A DNA stretch of 64,000 bases from contig CACLXG010000001.1 of the NCBI GenBank assembly GCA_902610815.1, positions 12,775 to 76,774 on the forward strand. Reading direction: 5' to 3'. Position 1 is the first letter of the stretch; each line of letters begins with the position of its first letter. The notes below the pieces were generated by a model that was given only the letters and a program-made list of their open reading frames with translations, did no database searches and was not told the DNA's origin. Below are positions 43,829 through 53,294 of the stretch, in pieces. The DNA is from an uncultured Candidatus Actinomarina sp. (GTDB taxonomy: Bacteria; Actinomycetota; Acidimicrobiia; Actinomarinales; Actinomarinaceae). Position numbers and translations under genes: made by a program.

Positions 43829-45274
43829 ATGGATGTTTCAAATTTATCTATTAGAGAAATAAACTCACTGTTTACAAAAAAAGAGTTAAAACCATCTGAA
43901 TTGTATTCAAAAGTATTTGAAAATGCAGCAAACTCAGAAGCAGCACTTCATGCACATCTAACACTTTTTGAAGAAGAAAATATAAAAAAAGCGGCTGAAT
44001 CTGACAAAAGATTCAGCAGTGGTAAATCAGCTAGTTTATTAGATGGAATACCAATTGCAATTAAAGACAATATCAATATTAAAAATTATAAAACTACATG
44101 CTCTTCGAAAATGTTGTCAAACTATACATCTCCATATGACGCAACAGTAATTGAAAAACTTAAAGAGCAGAACACTTTGTTTACGGGTAAAACAAATCTT
44201 GATGAGTTTGCGATGGGCTCATCCACTGAAAACTCTGCATTTGGTCTTACTAAAAATCCGTGGAACACAGATTATGTTCCCGGAGGGTCTTCTGGAGGTT
44301 CTGCCGCTTCTGTTGGTGCGAGATCATCAATTGCAGCACTTGGAAGTGATACTGGTGGATCAATAAGACAGCCAGCATCTTTTTGTGGTTTAGTAGGTTT
44401 TAAGCCGACATATGGAACTGTTTCCAGATTTGGTTTGGTGGCTTTCGCATCATCATTAGATCAAATTGGTCCAATTACAAAAACAGTAGATGACTCAAGA
44501 ATCATTTTCTCCTCGATTTCTGGTGAAGATAATCGAGATGCTACTTCTGTAATTAATAACCAATTAGATATTCCAAGTGACAACACTGCCACAATTGGAG
44601 TGATAAAAGAATTAATGGAAGATGGCATTTCAGATGAAGCTAAAAATGAAGTTAATAAAGTCGTTGAAATTCTTAAATCTAAAGGTTACAAAGTTAAAGA
44701 GATCTCTATACCAATAATCAAACTTTCTATCAGTATCTATTATTTAATTGCACCAGCTGAGTGCTCAGCTAACCTTGCACGTTTTGATGGCGTTAGATAT
44801 GGATTAAGAGTAGATGGAAAAACTAGTTATGAAATGATGGAAAATACCAGAGCCGAAGGATTTGGTGCTGAAGTTAAAAGAAGAATTTTGTTGGGAACCT
44901 ATGCACTATCAGCAGGATATTATGACGAGTATTATGGAAAAGCTTTGCAGGCAAGAAAAGAAATGATAGATGAATTTGCTAAAACATTTAAAGATGTAGA
45001 TTATTTGATTTCACCAACAACTCCCACACAGGCTTTCAAGTCTGGTGAGAAAACAAGTAATCCATTAGAAATGTACATGTCAGACTTATGCACAATTCCT
45101 GCTAATTTGGCTGGCCTTCCAGCAATAAGTATTCCTACTGGACTTAGTAAAGATAAACTACCTCTTGGAGTGCAAATAATGAGTAAGCCATTATCTGACA
45201 ATCCACTTCTAGATTTTTCAGAAATAATTGAAAAAGAGGTTCAGTTTGATGGACAACCTAAAGGATGGTTGTAA
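43829..45274 (+). CDS. gatA: Asp/Glu-tRNA amidotransferase subunit A
   Basis: Amidase signature GGSSGGSAASV (481 aa). Confidence 0.92.
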   Translation: MDVSNLSIREINSLFTKKELKPSELYSKVFENAANSEAALHAHLTLFEEENIKKAAESDKRFSSGKSASLLDGIPIAIKDNINIKNYKTTCSSKMLSNYTSPYDATVIEKLKEQNTLFTGKTNLDEFAMGSSTENSAFGLTKNPWNTDYVPGGSSGGSAASVGARSSIAALGSDTGGSIRQPASFCGLVGFKPTYGTVSRFGLVAFASSLDQIGPITKTVDDSRIIFSSISGEDNRDATSVINNQLDIPSDNTATIGVIKELMEDGISDEAKNEVNKVVEILKSKGYKVKEISIPIIKLSISIYYLIAPAECSANLARFDGVRYGLRVDGKTSYEMMENTRAEGFGAEVKRRILLGTYALSAGYYDEYYGKALQARKEMIDEFAKTFKDVDYLISPTTPTQAFKSGEKTSNPLEMYMSDLCTIPANLAGLPAISIPTGLSKDKLPLGVQIMSKPLSDNPLLDFSEIIEKEVQFDGQPKGWL

Positions 45275-46719
45275 TGTCTTTAAAACCTACAATTGGTATT
45301 GAAACTCATATTGAGTTAAATACAAATACAAAAATGTTTTGTAGGTGTGCAGTTGTTGATACTGATGAACCAAACATAAGCTTATGTCCAACCTGTATAG
45401 GCTTACCGGGTGCTTTGCCTGTCCCAAACAAAAAAGCTATACAATTTATTACCTTACTTGCTCTTAGCACTGGGTGTGAAATAACAAGTAAAGGTATGTT
45501 TCATCGTAAAAATTATTTTTATCCTGATTTACCAAAAAATTATCAAATTTCTCAATTTGATTTACCAGTTGGACTTAATGGAGAATTGGAAATTGTTATT
45601 GATGAAAATAAGGATTATATTCAAATTGAAAGAGTTCATATGGAAGAGGATACAGGTAAATCTTCACACAGTGGATCAGGAAGAATTGAATCCGCAACCA
45701 GTACTGCACTGGATTTTAATCGTTCGGGCGTACCTCTAGTCGAGATTGTTACTAAACCAGTGATTTCATCATCAAAACAAGCTGTTGCTTACATAGAGGA
45801 GCTAAGGCAACTATCGATAGACTTAAATATTTCAGAAGGTCGTCTAGAGAAGGGGAATTTAAGATTTGATGCAAACATATCAGTAGCGCCTGAAGATAGT
45901 ACTGAACTAGGAACAAAAGTAGAGATAAAAAATATGAACTCTTTGCGATCATTGGAAAGAGCAATAGATTATGAAATACAAAGACAAACGAAAGCGCTTG
46001 AAGAGGGAGTTGAAATAGTTCAGGAAACTAGACATTGGGATGAAAATAAAGAAATAACTAGCACAATGAGGTCAAAAGAAGGTAGTGCCGACTATAGATA
46101 TTTTTCTGATCCCGATCTTCCCAATATGTTTTTAAGTGAAGAATTTATTAAAGGAGTTGAAACACTAATGCCACTTCTTCCAAAAGCTCAAAGAGAGGAA
46201 TTAATGACAACAGGCCTTTCTTTGAGTCAGTCAAATATATTAAGTAAAAGCGAAGAGTGGATTAAAAAATTGTATGTTAAAATTTTTGACCAGACAAAAG
46301 ACTCGGTAGCTTCATACAATTGGATTACAGGGGAGCTTCAGGGACAAATGAGGAAGGCAAATATTGAAGTTCTTCCAGAATGGTTTAATGAAGACTATTT
46401 GTCAGAAATTATCGAATTAATAAAAAGTGATAAGATATCTTTTACATCTGCGAAAATTATTTTGACTGAAATCTTAACTACAGACACTACTCCAAGTAAA
46501 GTAGCTGAGCAGAAAAATCTATTTCAAGAAAATGACTCTGAAAAAATCTCAGAAATGATTAGTCAGATTATCAAAGAGAATAAAGATATAGTCGAAAGAA
46601 TTAAATCAGGTGAAGATAAATTAGTTGGTTTTCTTGTTGGGCAACTTATGAAACAATCTAATGGTTCTGTTAACCCTGGAATGGCTAAAGAATTATTGCT
46701 TAAAGAGTTAGAAGACTAA
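45265..46719 (+). CDS. gatB: Asp/Glu-tRNA amidotransferase subunit B
   Basis: GatB N-terminal motif …IGIETHIEL…, 484 aa. The likely start is ATG 45274, overlapping the gatA stop. Confidence 0.92.
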   Translation: MVVMSLKPTIGIETHIELNTNTKMFCRCAVVDTDEPNISLCPTCIGLPGALPVPNKKAIQFITLLALSTGCEITSKGMFHRKNYFYPDLPKNYQISQFDLPVGLNGELEIVIDENKDYIQIERVHMEEDTGKSSHSGSGRIESATSTALDFNRSGVPLVEIVTKPVISSSKQAVAYIEELRQLSIDLNISEGRLEKGNLRFDANISVAPEDSTELGTKVEIKNMNSLRSLERAIDYEIQRQTKALEEGVEIVQETRHWDENKEITSTMRSKEGSADYRYFSDPDLPNMFLSEEFIKGVETLMPLLPKAQREELMTTGLSLSQSNILSKSEEWIKKLYVKIFDQTKDSVASYNWITGELQGQMRKANIEVLPEWFNEDYLSEIIELIKSDKISFTSAKIILTEILTTDTTPSKVAEQKNLFQENDSEKISEMISQIIKENKDIVERIKSGEDKLVGFLVGQLMKQSNGSVNPGMAKELLLKELED

Positions 46720-47161
46720 CTTGATGTACTATCGTAGCGGATAGTAAACCTAATAACCCAGCCCCTAGATCATCATATAGAACACCGAGCTTTCCCGGGT
46801 AATTTTCTAACTGTGACACAAATTTTGGTTGTTTTAAAATATCACTTGCTCTAAACACTAGAAACCCTGCAATTAGAGGTAGCATTTCTGAGGGTGAAGC
46901 TAAAGACACTAAACTCATTCCTACAATTTCATCTAAAGTGATCCAACTCGGGTCTTCATCAGCATAATAATCTTCAACTGAATAGAAATAAATTAAGAGT
47001 AGTAATACGAATACAATTGATAATTCAAGTACGTTTAAATTCAAGAAATAAACTAGAACCGTGAAAATTAAAGGCGCAAAAGTTCCACCACCTTTTTTGT
47101 TGCCAAAAATATTTTGCCAGACTAGCCCAACACCAAATCCTGATGCCAAAAATCTTTTCAC
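46700..47161 (-). CDS. pgpA: phosphatidylglycerophosphatase A family protein
   Basis: PgpA motif SGFGVG near the N-terminus, 153 aa, membrane protein. Confidence 0.55.
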   Translation of the reverse strand: MKRFLASGFGVGLVWQNIFGNKKGGGTFAPLIFTVLVYFLNLNVLELSIVFVLLLLIYFYSVEDYYADEDPSWITLDEIVGMSLVSLASPSEMLPLIAGFLVFRASDILKQPKFVSQLENYPGKLGVLYDDLGAGLLGLLSATIVHQVSLLTL

Positions 47162-47223
47162 AATTGAATAATAGTATTTTTTATAGCTTCAATGATAAAA
47201 AGGACTATTATTTGTTATTAATA

Positions 47224-48141
47224 ATGGAAAAGTCAAAACTTATTTGGATGAATGGTGAGTTTGTTAATTGGGAAGATGCAACAGTTAGTGTTATGTCCCA
47301 TACCTTGCATTATGGTACCGGTGTTTTTGAGGGAATTAGGGCTAGGGAATGTCCAAAAGGTACTTCTATTTTTAGACTAAACGACCATGTAGATAGATTA
47401 TACAATTCTGCAAAAGCATATAACATGAATATCCCATACGATAAAGATGTAATTACTCAAGCAATTAAAGATTCTGTACATCTAAATAATCTAACTTCCG
47501 CATACATAAGACCTCTAGTATTTTTTGGTGAGGGCGAAATGGGACTTTTACCAAGCGACGTTCCTGTATGTGTCTCTATTTCTGCGTGGAGTTGGGGAGC
47601 TTACCTTGGAGATGAAGCTGGAAAAAAGGGTGTCAAGGTTTGTATTTCAAAATGGAAAAGAATCAGTCCAGAAAGTTTTATACCTACAGCAAAAGGGGTA
47701 GGTGGTTATATGAATTCAACACTTGCGAAAATTGATGCTGTAAACAATGGATATGATGATGCAATCATGTTTGGTGATGGCGATGTTGTAGCAGAAGGTA
47801 GTGGACAGAATTTATTTTTAATTAAGGATAGTAAAATAACCACACCTCCTATTGAAACTGGAGCATTAGGTGGGATTACTAGAAAAACAGTAATTGAAAT
47901 AGCTAATAATTTAAATTTAGAAGTAACTGAGCAAAATATTTCTAAAAAAGACTTATTAAGTGCTGATGAGCTGTTCTTTACTGGAACTGCTACAGAGGTT
48001 ATTGGTGTTGTATCTGTTGACAATAGCAATATAGGAAACGGATCACCTGGAGAAGTTACAAACGCTATTAGAAAAAAATACCTAGAAATTGTAAATGGAA
48101 ATGACGCTAATTCTGATAATTATTTAACATTAATTAAGTGA
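47224..48141 (+). CDS. ilvE: branched-chain amino acid aminotransferase
   Basis: Class IV aminotransferase fold. Start chosen at MEKSKLIW (the ORF-track start 47143 would overlap pgpA). Confidence 0.8.
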   Translation: MEKSKLIWMNGEFVNWEDATVSVMSHTLHYGTGVFEGIRARECPKGTSIFRLNDHVDRLYNSAKAYNMNIPYDKDVITQAIKDSVHLNNLTSAYIRPLVFFGEGEMGLLPSDVPVCVSISAWSWGAYLGDEAGKKGVKVCISKWKRISPESFIPTAKGVGGYMNSTLAKIDAVNNGYDDAIMFGDGDVVAEGSGQNLFLIKDSKITTPPIETGALGGITRKTVIEIANNLNLEVTEQNISKKDLLSADELFFTGTATEVIGVVSVDNSNIGNGSPGEVTNAIRKKYLEIVNGNDANSDNYLTLIK

Positions 48142-48572
48142 GCCAGCAACCAAATTTAGAAGAAACAAATTACAAATTACAGACACTATCTGATCTGCCT
48201 GTTCCAAGATCACAAGGAAAAAAAGACTTGAATAGTTCTCTAAAAAATCCATATGAAGAAATTTTCTCTATACCAAGTCCTGATAGTGGTTATGCTTTGA
48301 AATTAATAAAAAAATATGAACATTTTTGGAGTTCTCATCATAAGAAAAAGTTAATTACAAAAATTATTTCAAATTTAGTAATTTATCAGGCATCTTTGGC
48401 TGGAAGAGGTCCTACTAAAAGTGATATAGAAAAAGTCTTAAAAGTTTTAGAGATAAGTGAAACCTCTCTCGGTTTACTAACTAAAGACAATCTCTTAATA
48501 GCTGGTAAAGAAACAATAAAAGGTTTACATTTATCTGAATTATTTTTAACTATTGACGCTGATAATTTATAA
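48138..48572 (+). CDS. hypothetical protein
   Basis: 144 aa ORF overlapping the ilvE stop. No recognisable motif. Confidence 0.35.
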   Translation: MSQQPNLEETNYKLQTLSDLPVPRSQGKKDLNSSLKNPYEEIFSIPSPDSGYALKLIKKYEHFWSSHHKKKLITKIISNLVIYQASLAGRGPTKSDIEKVLKVLEISETSLGLLTKDNLLIAGKETIKGLHLSELFLTIDADNL

Positions 48573-48590
48573 AACTTTTACACTTGAATA

Positions 48591-49367
48591 ATGAAGATTG
48601 TAAGAGCTAAGTTTGAAGGCGAAATCTTTTATGGTGAGCTTACCGACGAAGGTATTATTCGATACGAAGGCTCACCTCTCGTTGTTTGGGAGCCTACTGA
48701 AGAGAAGTATAATATTGATGAAATTCAGTTATTAGCACCAGTTTTACCAAGTAAAGTAACAGCTGTTGCAAAAAATTATGAAAAACATGCAGTTGAGTTA
48801 GGAGTTCATGATTATACCGCACCAAAAAATCCTGTGTTTTTTAACAAACCTTCAACATCTGTAATTGGTACTGGTGAATCAATAATATATCCACCAATAG
48901 GTCAACATGTTGATCATGAGGCTGAATTAGCTGTAGTAATTGGAAAACTCAGTAAAAACCTTACTAAAGATAATTGGATGGATAGTGTTCTGGGTTTTAC
49001 TATTGCTAACGATTTATCAGAAAGAGTTTTACAAGGACAAGATGGAACATTCAATGGTAATTTTACAAGAGCAAAAAGTTTTGATACCTTTTGTCCTTTA
49101 GGTCCCGTAATACAAACTAATTTTGAGCAGAATCCAGAGTTGGGAATTAAATGCTTTGTTAATGATGAACTAAAACAAGATGGAAATACTAAAGATATGA
49201 TTTTTAGTGTTGGTGAAATCTTGGAGTTTGTTTCATCAATTATGACCCTATTGCCAGGAGATGTTGTTCTTACAGGTACTCCCGAAGGCGTCTCTAAAGT
49301 TCAGCCAGGTGATGAAATAAAAATAGAAATAGAGACTATTGGTACACTGATAAATCCAGTTAAATAA
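48591..49367 (+). CDS. fumarylacetoacetate hydrolase (FAH) family protein
   Basis: FAH motif …DHEAELAVVIGK… and metal-binding acidic residues (258 aa). Confidence 0.65.
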   Translation: MKIVRAKFEGEIFYGELTDEGIIRYEGSPLVVWEPTEEKYNIDEIQLLAPVLPSKVTAVAKNYEKHAVELGVHDYTAPKNPVFFNKPSTSVIGTGESIIYPPIGQHVDHEAELAVVIGKLSKNLTKDNWMDSVLGFTIANDLSERVLQGQDGTFNGNFTRAKSFDTFCPLGPVIQTNFEQNPELGIKCFVNDELKQDGNTKDMIFSVGEILEFVSSIMTLLPGDVVLTGTPEGVSKVQPGDEIKIEIETIGTLINPVK

Positions 49368-49368
49368 T

Positions 49369-50679
49369 ATGAAATTAAGAATTGCCCCTTCACCTACTGG
49401 CAGCCTTCATATAGGAAACGCAAGGACTGCGTTATTCAACTGGCTATACGCTAAAGCAAATGGAGGCACTTTTGTTGTAAGAATTGATGACACTGACATA
49501 GAGCGTAGCACTGAAGAGTTTCAACAAGACATTCTAGAAAATCTAAGATGGTTAGGACTTGATTGGGATGAAGGCGTTGAAGTTGGTGGAGAGCATGGTG
49601 ATTATAAACAGTCTTCACGGTTTGATAGATATAGAGAAGTAGCAAATGAACTCTTAGAAAAAGACCTTGCTTATAAAGATGATGGTGCAATTAGATTCAA
49701 AGTCCCTAGTGATAGAACAATTGAATTCAAAGATTTTGTACGTGGAGACATGTCATTTGAAACTTCAGATGTAGAAGATTTTGTCATTTTAAGATCTGAC
49801 AATACCCCGACATACCACCTTGCCTCTACAGTCGATGATATAGACTATGGAATAACAATAATTGCAAGGGGAGAGGATATACTTTCTTCAACTCCCAAAC
49901 ACATACTGATTATGGAAGCCTTAGATGCAACAATACCAAATTTTTGCCATCTACCTTTATTATTTGGTCCAGACGGTAAAAAACTAAGTAAAAGACATGG
50001 GGATACATCAGTTGAAGCATTTCGTCAAAAAGGAATATTAAATGATGCAATGTTCAACTATCTTTGCCTACTTGGCTGGTCACCGGGTGATGATATTGAG
50101 CTATTTGATAGTGATTTTGCAATTAGTAAATTTGATTTAAATAAAGTACTACCAAATTCAGCTACTTTTGATGAAAAAAAACTCCTATGGTTAAATGGAC
50201 AGTATATAAGATCAACTTCACCAAATAAATTCGAAGAGGATTCACTGCAAAATATTGAGAATCAACTTAGTAGAGAATTATTTCATGAAGAAAAAGATAG
50301 AATGTTAAAAATATTTCCTTCTGTACAGGAAAGAATTGAAACGATGAACGATCTTTTCGGCCAAGTCCAGTTTCTCATTGATGAGCCATTTGTTATTGAC
50401 AAGGAAGATTGGGAGTCTGTAAATTCTGAAGAGGCTCAAATATACTTAGATGCTATTAGAAATAAATTTATTGCATTGGATGACTTTAATTTAAATATTA
50501 TTGAGGATACGATGAGAGCGACCCTAGAAGAATTGGATATAAAAACAAGAGTAGGTTTTCAGTCTGCAAGAGTAGCTGTAACTGGCACAAAAATTAGTCC
50601 ACCATTATTTGAGTCAATATTTGCACTTGGTAAAGAGACATCTATTGCAAGATTGGCACAAAGTATCGAAAAATTATAA
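49369..50679 (+). CDS. gltX: glutamate--tRNA ligase (probably non-discriminating, given gatCAB and no glnS seen)
   Basis: HIGH motif (PSPTGSLHIGNA) and KMSKS motif (KLSKRHG). 436 aa with a short C-terminal domain. Confidence 0.9.
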   Translation: MKLRIAPSPTGSLHIGNARTALFNWLYAKANGGTFVVRIDDTDIERSTEEFQQDILENLRWLGLDWDEGVEVGGEHGDYKQSSRFDRYREVANELLEKDLAYKDDGAIRFKVPSDRTIEFKDFVRGDMSFETSDVEDFVILRSDNTPTYHLASTVDDIDYGITIIARGEDILSSTPKHILIMEALDATIPNFCHLPLLFGPDGKKLSKRHGDTSVEAFRQKGILNDAMFNYLCLLGWSPGDDIELFDSDFAISKFDLNKVLPNSATFDEKKLLWLNGQYIRSTSPNKFEEDSLQNIENQLSRELFHEEKDRMLKIFPSVQERIETMNDLFGQVQFLIDEPFVIDKEDWESVNSEEAQIYLDAIRNKFIALDDFNLNIIEDTMRATLEELDIKTRVGFQSARVAVTGTKISPPLFESIFALGKETSIARLAQSIEKL

Positions 50680-50718
50680 CAACTAATAATTAAAATACTT
50701 TATTCTTAATATTTATAC

Positions 50719-50791
50719 GGCCCCGTCGTCCAGAGGCCTAGGACGCTGGGTTTTCAACCCAGAAACGCCGGTTCGAATCCGGTCGGGGCTG
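50719..50791 (+). tRNA. tRNA-Glu (anticodon TTC)
   Basis: Hand-folded cloverleaf. Acceptor GGCCCCG/CGGGGCT, anticodon stem CTGGG/CCCAG with loop TTTTCAA, T-loop TTCGAAT. Confidence 0.75.
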
Positions 50792-50798
50792 CTACCTT

Positions 50799-50870
50799 TC
50801 GGGGATGGTGTAATTGGCAACACAATGGGTTCTGGTCCCATCGTTGAGGGTTCAAATCCTTCTCCCCGAG
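50799..50870 (+). tRNA. tRNA-Gln (anticodon CTG)
   Basis: Acceptor TCGGGGA/TCCCCGA, D-arm GTGT..ACAC, anticodon stem ATGGG/CCCAT with loop TTCTGGT, T-loop TTCAAAT. Confidence 0.65.
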
Positions 50871-50874
50871 CAGA

Positions 50875-50947
50875 GGCCCCGTCGTCTAGAGGCCTAGGAC
50901 GCTGCCCTCTCAAGGCAGAAACGCCGGTTCAAATCCGGTCGGGGCTG
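50875..50947 (+). tRNA. tRNA-Glu (anticodon CTC)
   Basis: Near-duplicate of the first tRNA-Glu, but with anticodon stem-loop CTGCC-CTCTCAA-GGCAG and T-loop TTCAAAT. Confidence 0.7.
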
Positions 50948-51553
50948 CTAAATTGTTAGCTTTTTAAACCACCTTGGTTGGTTAAGTAGAAATTTTTGAT
51001 AGTCATTTTCATCATCAAGTTCAAAAGTAAATTCAGTGCTATAAATTTGTTTATATTCAAATTTATTTTCCTTAAGATATTTTGAATGTTTATCAAAGCT
51101 TTTAACTCCAAATCTGAACTCATCAAAGCTAACACTTCCAGCTATAAATGGAGTACCACTATCTTTACTTTTTGCTATTAGGATTTCACTTCCTTCAATT
51201 TCTTGGATCATCGTTTTTGCAAAATATTTTGTTACATAAGGTAAATCAGAATGACATATCATCCAGCCTTGGTAATTTTTAAAATATTTAGAAAACTCTA
51301 TAACTTCTTTGTTCAAACCTACTGATTTTGCATTGAAAAAATTAATTTCTAGTTGGTTTGCTAATTTTTCTATTTCTGAATCATTTGAAATCAAAAATAT
51401 ATCATTGTCTTTGCTTCTGAAACATTCTGCTAAATTTTTAATAAGTCCTATCTGCAAGGAAATTCTTTGGCTTTTATCTAATGTACTATCTAGCCTAGAC
51501 ATTGGTTCTTCGAGGTTTTTTATTGGGATACCTATAATATTTTTTCTATTCAT
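50948..51553 (-). CDS. CofC/FbiD-like guanylyltransferase (2-phospho-L-lactate / phosphoenolpyruvate guanylyltransferase family, F420 biosynthesis)
   Basis: 201 aa MobA-like NTP-transferase. It has CofC-like blocks IPIKNLEEPMSRL, GLNKEV and ICHSDLPYV with co-linear architecture. Confidence 0.55.
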   Translation of the reverse strand: MNRKNIIGIPIKNLEEPMSRLDSTLDKSQRISLQIGLIKNLAECFRSKDNDIFLISNDSEIEKLANQLEINFFNAKSVGLNKEVIEFSKYFKNYQGWMICHSDLPYVTKYFAKTMIQEIEGSEILIAKSKDSGTPFIAGSVSFDEFRFGVKSFDKHSKYLKENKFEYKQIYSTEFTFELDDENDYQKFLLNQPRWFKKLTI

Positions 51554-51597
51554 ATTCTTAAATTTGTTATACCATGCTATTAAAGTATTTAATCAAT

Positions 51598-52995
51598 ATG
51601 GATAGAAAAACAAAAATTATTGCAACAGTTGGCCCAAGCCTATCTAGTGAATCAAAAATTAACAAGATTATAGATGCTGGAGCTAATGTCTTAAGAATAA
51701 ACTTCTCACATGGAACACTTGAGGATCATAAAAATGTAATATCGTGGGCAAAAAAATCTAATAAGCAAGTTGCAATAATGCAAGATATTCAAGGACCCAA
51801 AATACGAACTGGTATTTCATCTGAAAATACTTTTTTAGAAAAAAGTAAAAAAGTCACCCTAACAAATATTGAAACTGAATCAAACAATGACATTGTTTTT
51901 ATCAATTATGAAAATTTATTGACGGATGTAAATGTTGACGACAGAGTATTTATAGATGATGGGCAAATAGTACTTAAAGTAGCTAAAAAAGAAAAGGATA
52001 AATTAGAAGCACTAATTTTAATTGGAGGAGAGCTTAGAGATAACCAAGGAGTAGCATTTCCAGACTCTAACCTTTCGGTTTCAGCTATAACAGAAAAAGA
52101 TAAAGAACATCTCAAATTTGGAACAGAACATGATGTTGATTTTGTTGCAGTTTCATTTGTTAGAAATGCAAGTGATATAAATCTTGTTAAAGAAATCATT
52201 CCAAAAGATATAAAAGTAATAGCAAAAATAGAATTAAAAACTGCTTTAGATAATATTGATGAGATCTTAGATATTGCGGATGGAGTCATGGTGGCAAGAG
52301 GAGACCTAGGAGTTCAACTTCCATTGGAACAAGTTCCATTTGTGCAAAAGCAGATTTTAGATGCTGCTAACAAAAGAGGAAAAATATCTATAACAGCAAC
52401 CGAAATGCTTCAATCAATGAAAACTTCTTATAGACCTTCTAGGGCAGAGGTTACAGATATTACTAATGCAATACTTGAAGGTTCAGATTCAGTAATGCTT
52501 TCAGCAGAAACAGCTATTGGTGATAATCCAAATAGAGTAGTTGAAGTAATGTCTATAATTTGTGCTGAAACAGATTCTAGAAATGATACCTCTTCCCTGC
52601 TTTCAAAAGAAGATTCAAAAGAAGATTCAATAACTACTACTTTAGCAAGGGCTGCAGTTCAGGTGGCAAATGAAATAGATGCTATTTCGATAATCGCTTT
52701 CACGGAAACAGGTAAAACACCCTTGTTAATTTCAAACTTTAGGCCAAAAGCTGAAATTATTACATTTACAACAAAGAAAAAAACATTGAATCAAATGAAT
52801 TTACTTTGGGGTGTAGACCAACATCTAATGGAGCGAAAAGAGACTTTTTCAGAGATGTTGAAATCTGCAAATGACTTTTTAATTAGTGAAAAAAAATATA
52901 ATAAAGGTGATAAAGTAGTGGTTGTTGCTGGAACACCCCCTAATGTTGAGGCTGCAACAAATTTGATAAGAGTTCATGTAATTGGAGATTCATAA
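51598..52995 (+). CDS. pyk: pyruvate kinase
   Basis: N-terminal RKTKIIATVGP and K+/Mg2+ site motifs. Start chosen at MDRKTKII (the ORF-track start is 51574). Confidence 0.9.
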   Translation: MDRKTKIIATVGPSLSSESKINKIIDAGANVLRINFSHGTLEDHKNVISWAKKSNKQVAIMQDIQGPKIRTGISSENTFLEKSKKVTLTNIETESNNDIVFINYENLLTDVNVDDRVFIDDGQIVLKVAKKEKDKLEALILIGGELRDNQGVAFPDSNLSVSAITEKDKEHLKFGTEHDVDFVAVSFVRNASDINLVKEIIPKDIKVIAKIELKTALDNIDEILDIADGVMVARGDLGVQLPLEQVPFVQKQILDAANKRGKISITATEMLQSMKTSYRPSRAEVTDITNAILEGSDSVMLSAETAIGDNPNRVVEVMSIICAETDSRNDTSSLLSKEDSKEDSITTTLARAAVQVANEIDAISIIAFTETGKTPLLISNFRPKAEIITFTTKKKTLNQMNLLWGVDQHLMERKETFSEMLKSANDFLISEKKYNKGDKVVVVAGTPPNVEAATNLIRVHVIGDS

Positions 52996-53294
52996 TGGGG
53001 CAAATTATTGAAGTTAGAAGTACAAAGTTAAATAAGACTGTTATTTTTGATTTAAATAGATCTGTTTCAGGCCAAGAGGGTATGACTTTTCATAATATCT
53101 CAGAAGCATCATTAATACCCGATGTAAGTGGTCAGTTAGCCCTAAAGCTGTTTCAAGAGACAAGCGATATAGATACAATTTTCATTCAATCCAACATTGT
53201 AACCGTAAACTTTAAAAGAAATTTAGGTTCTGATATATCTGAAGTAGAAGAGACTCTAAAAAACTTCTTTGTTTTTTATGGTGAAGAAGAATGA
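52995..53294 (+). CDS. hypothetical protein
   Basis: 99 aa. Its ATG overlaps the pyk stop, and it overlaps the downstream epimerase start. Confidence 0.35.
   Translation: MGQIIEVRSTKLNKTVIFDLNRSVSGQEGMTFHNISEASLIPDVSGQLALKLFQETSDIDTIFIQSNIVTVNFKRNLGSDISEVEETLKNFFVFYGEEE

Noticed and set aside
50713-50913. 66-aa minus-strand ORF in the ORF track
   Set aside because: It lies entirely across three well-folded plus-strand tRNA genes (Glu, Gln, Glu). Its Pro/Arg/Gly-rich translation is the expected artefact of reading GC-rich tRNA sequence in an AT-rich genome.
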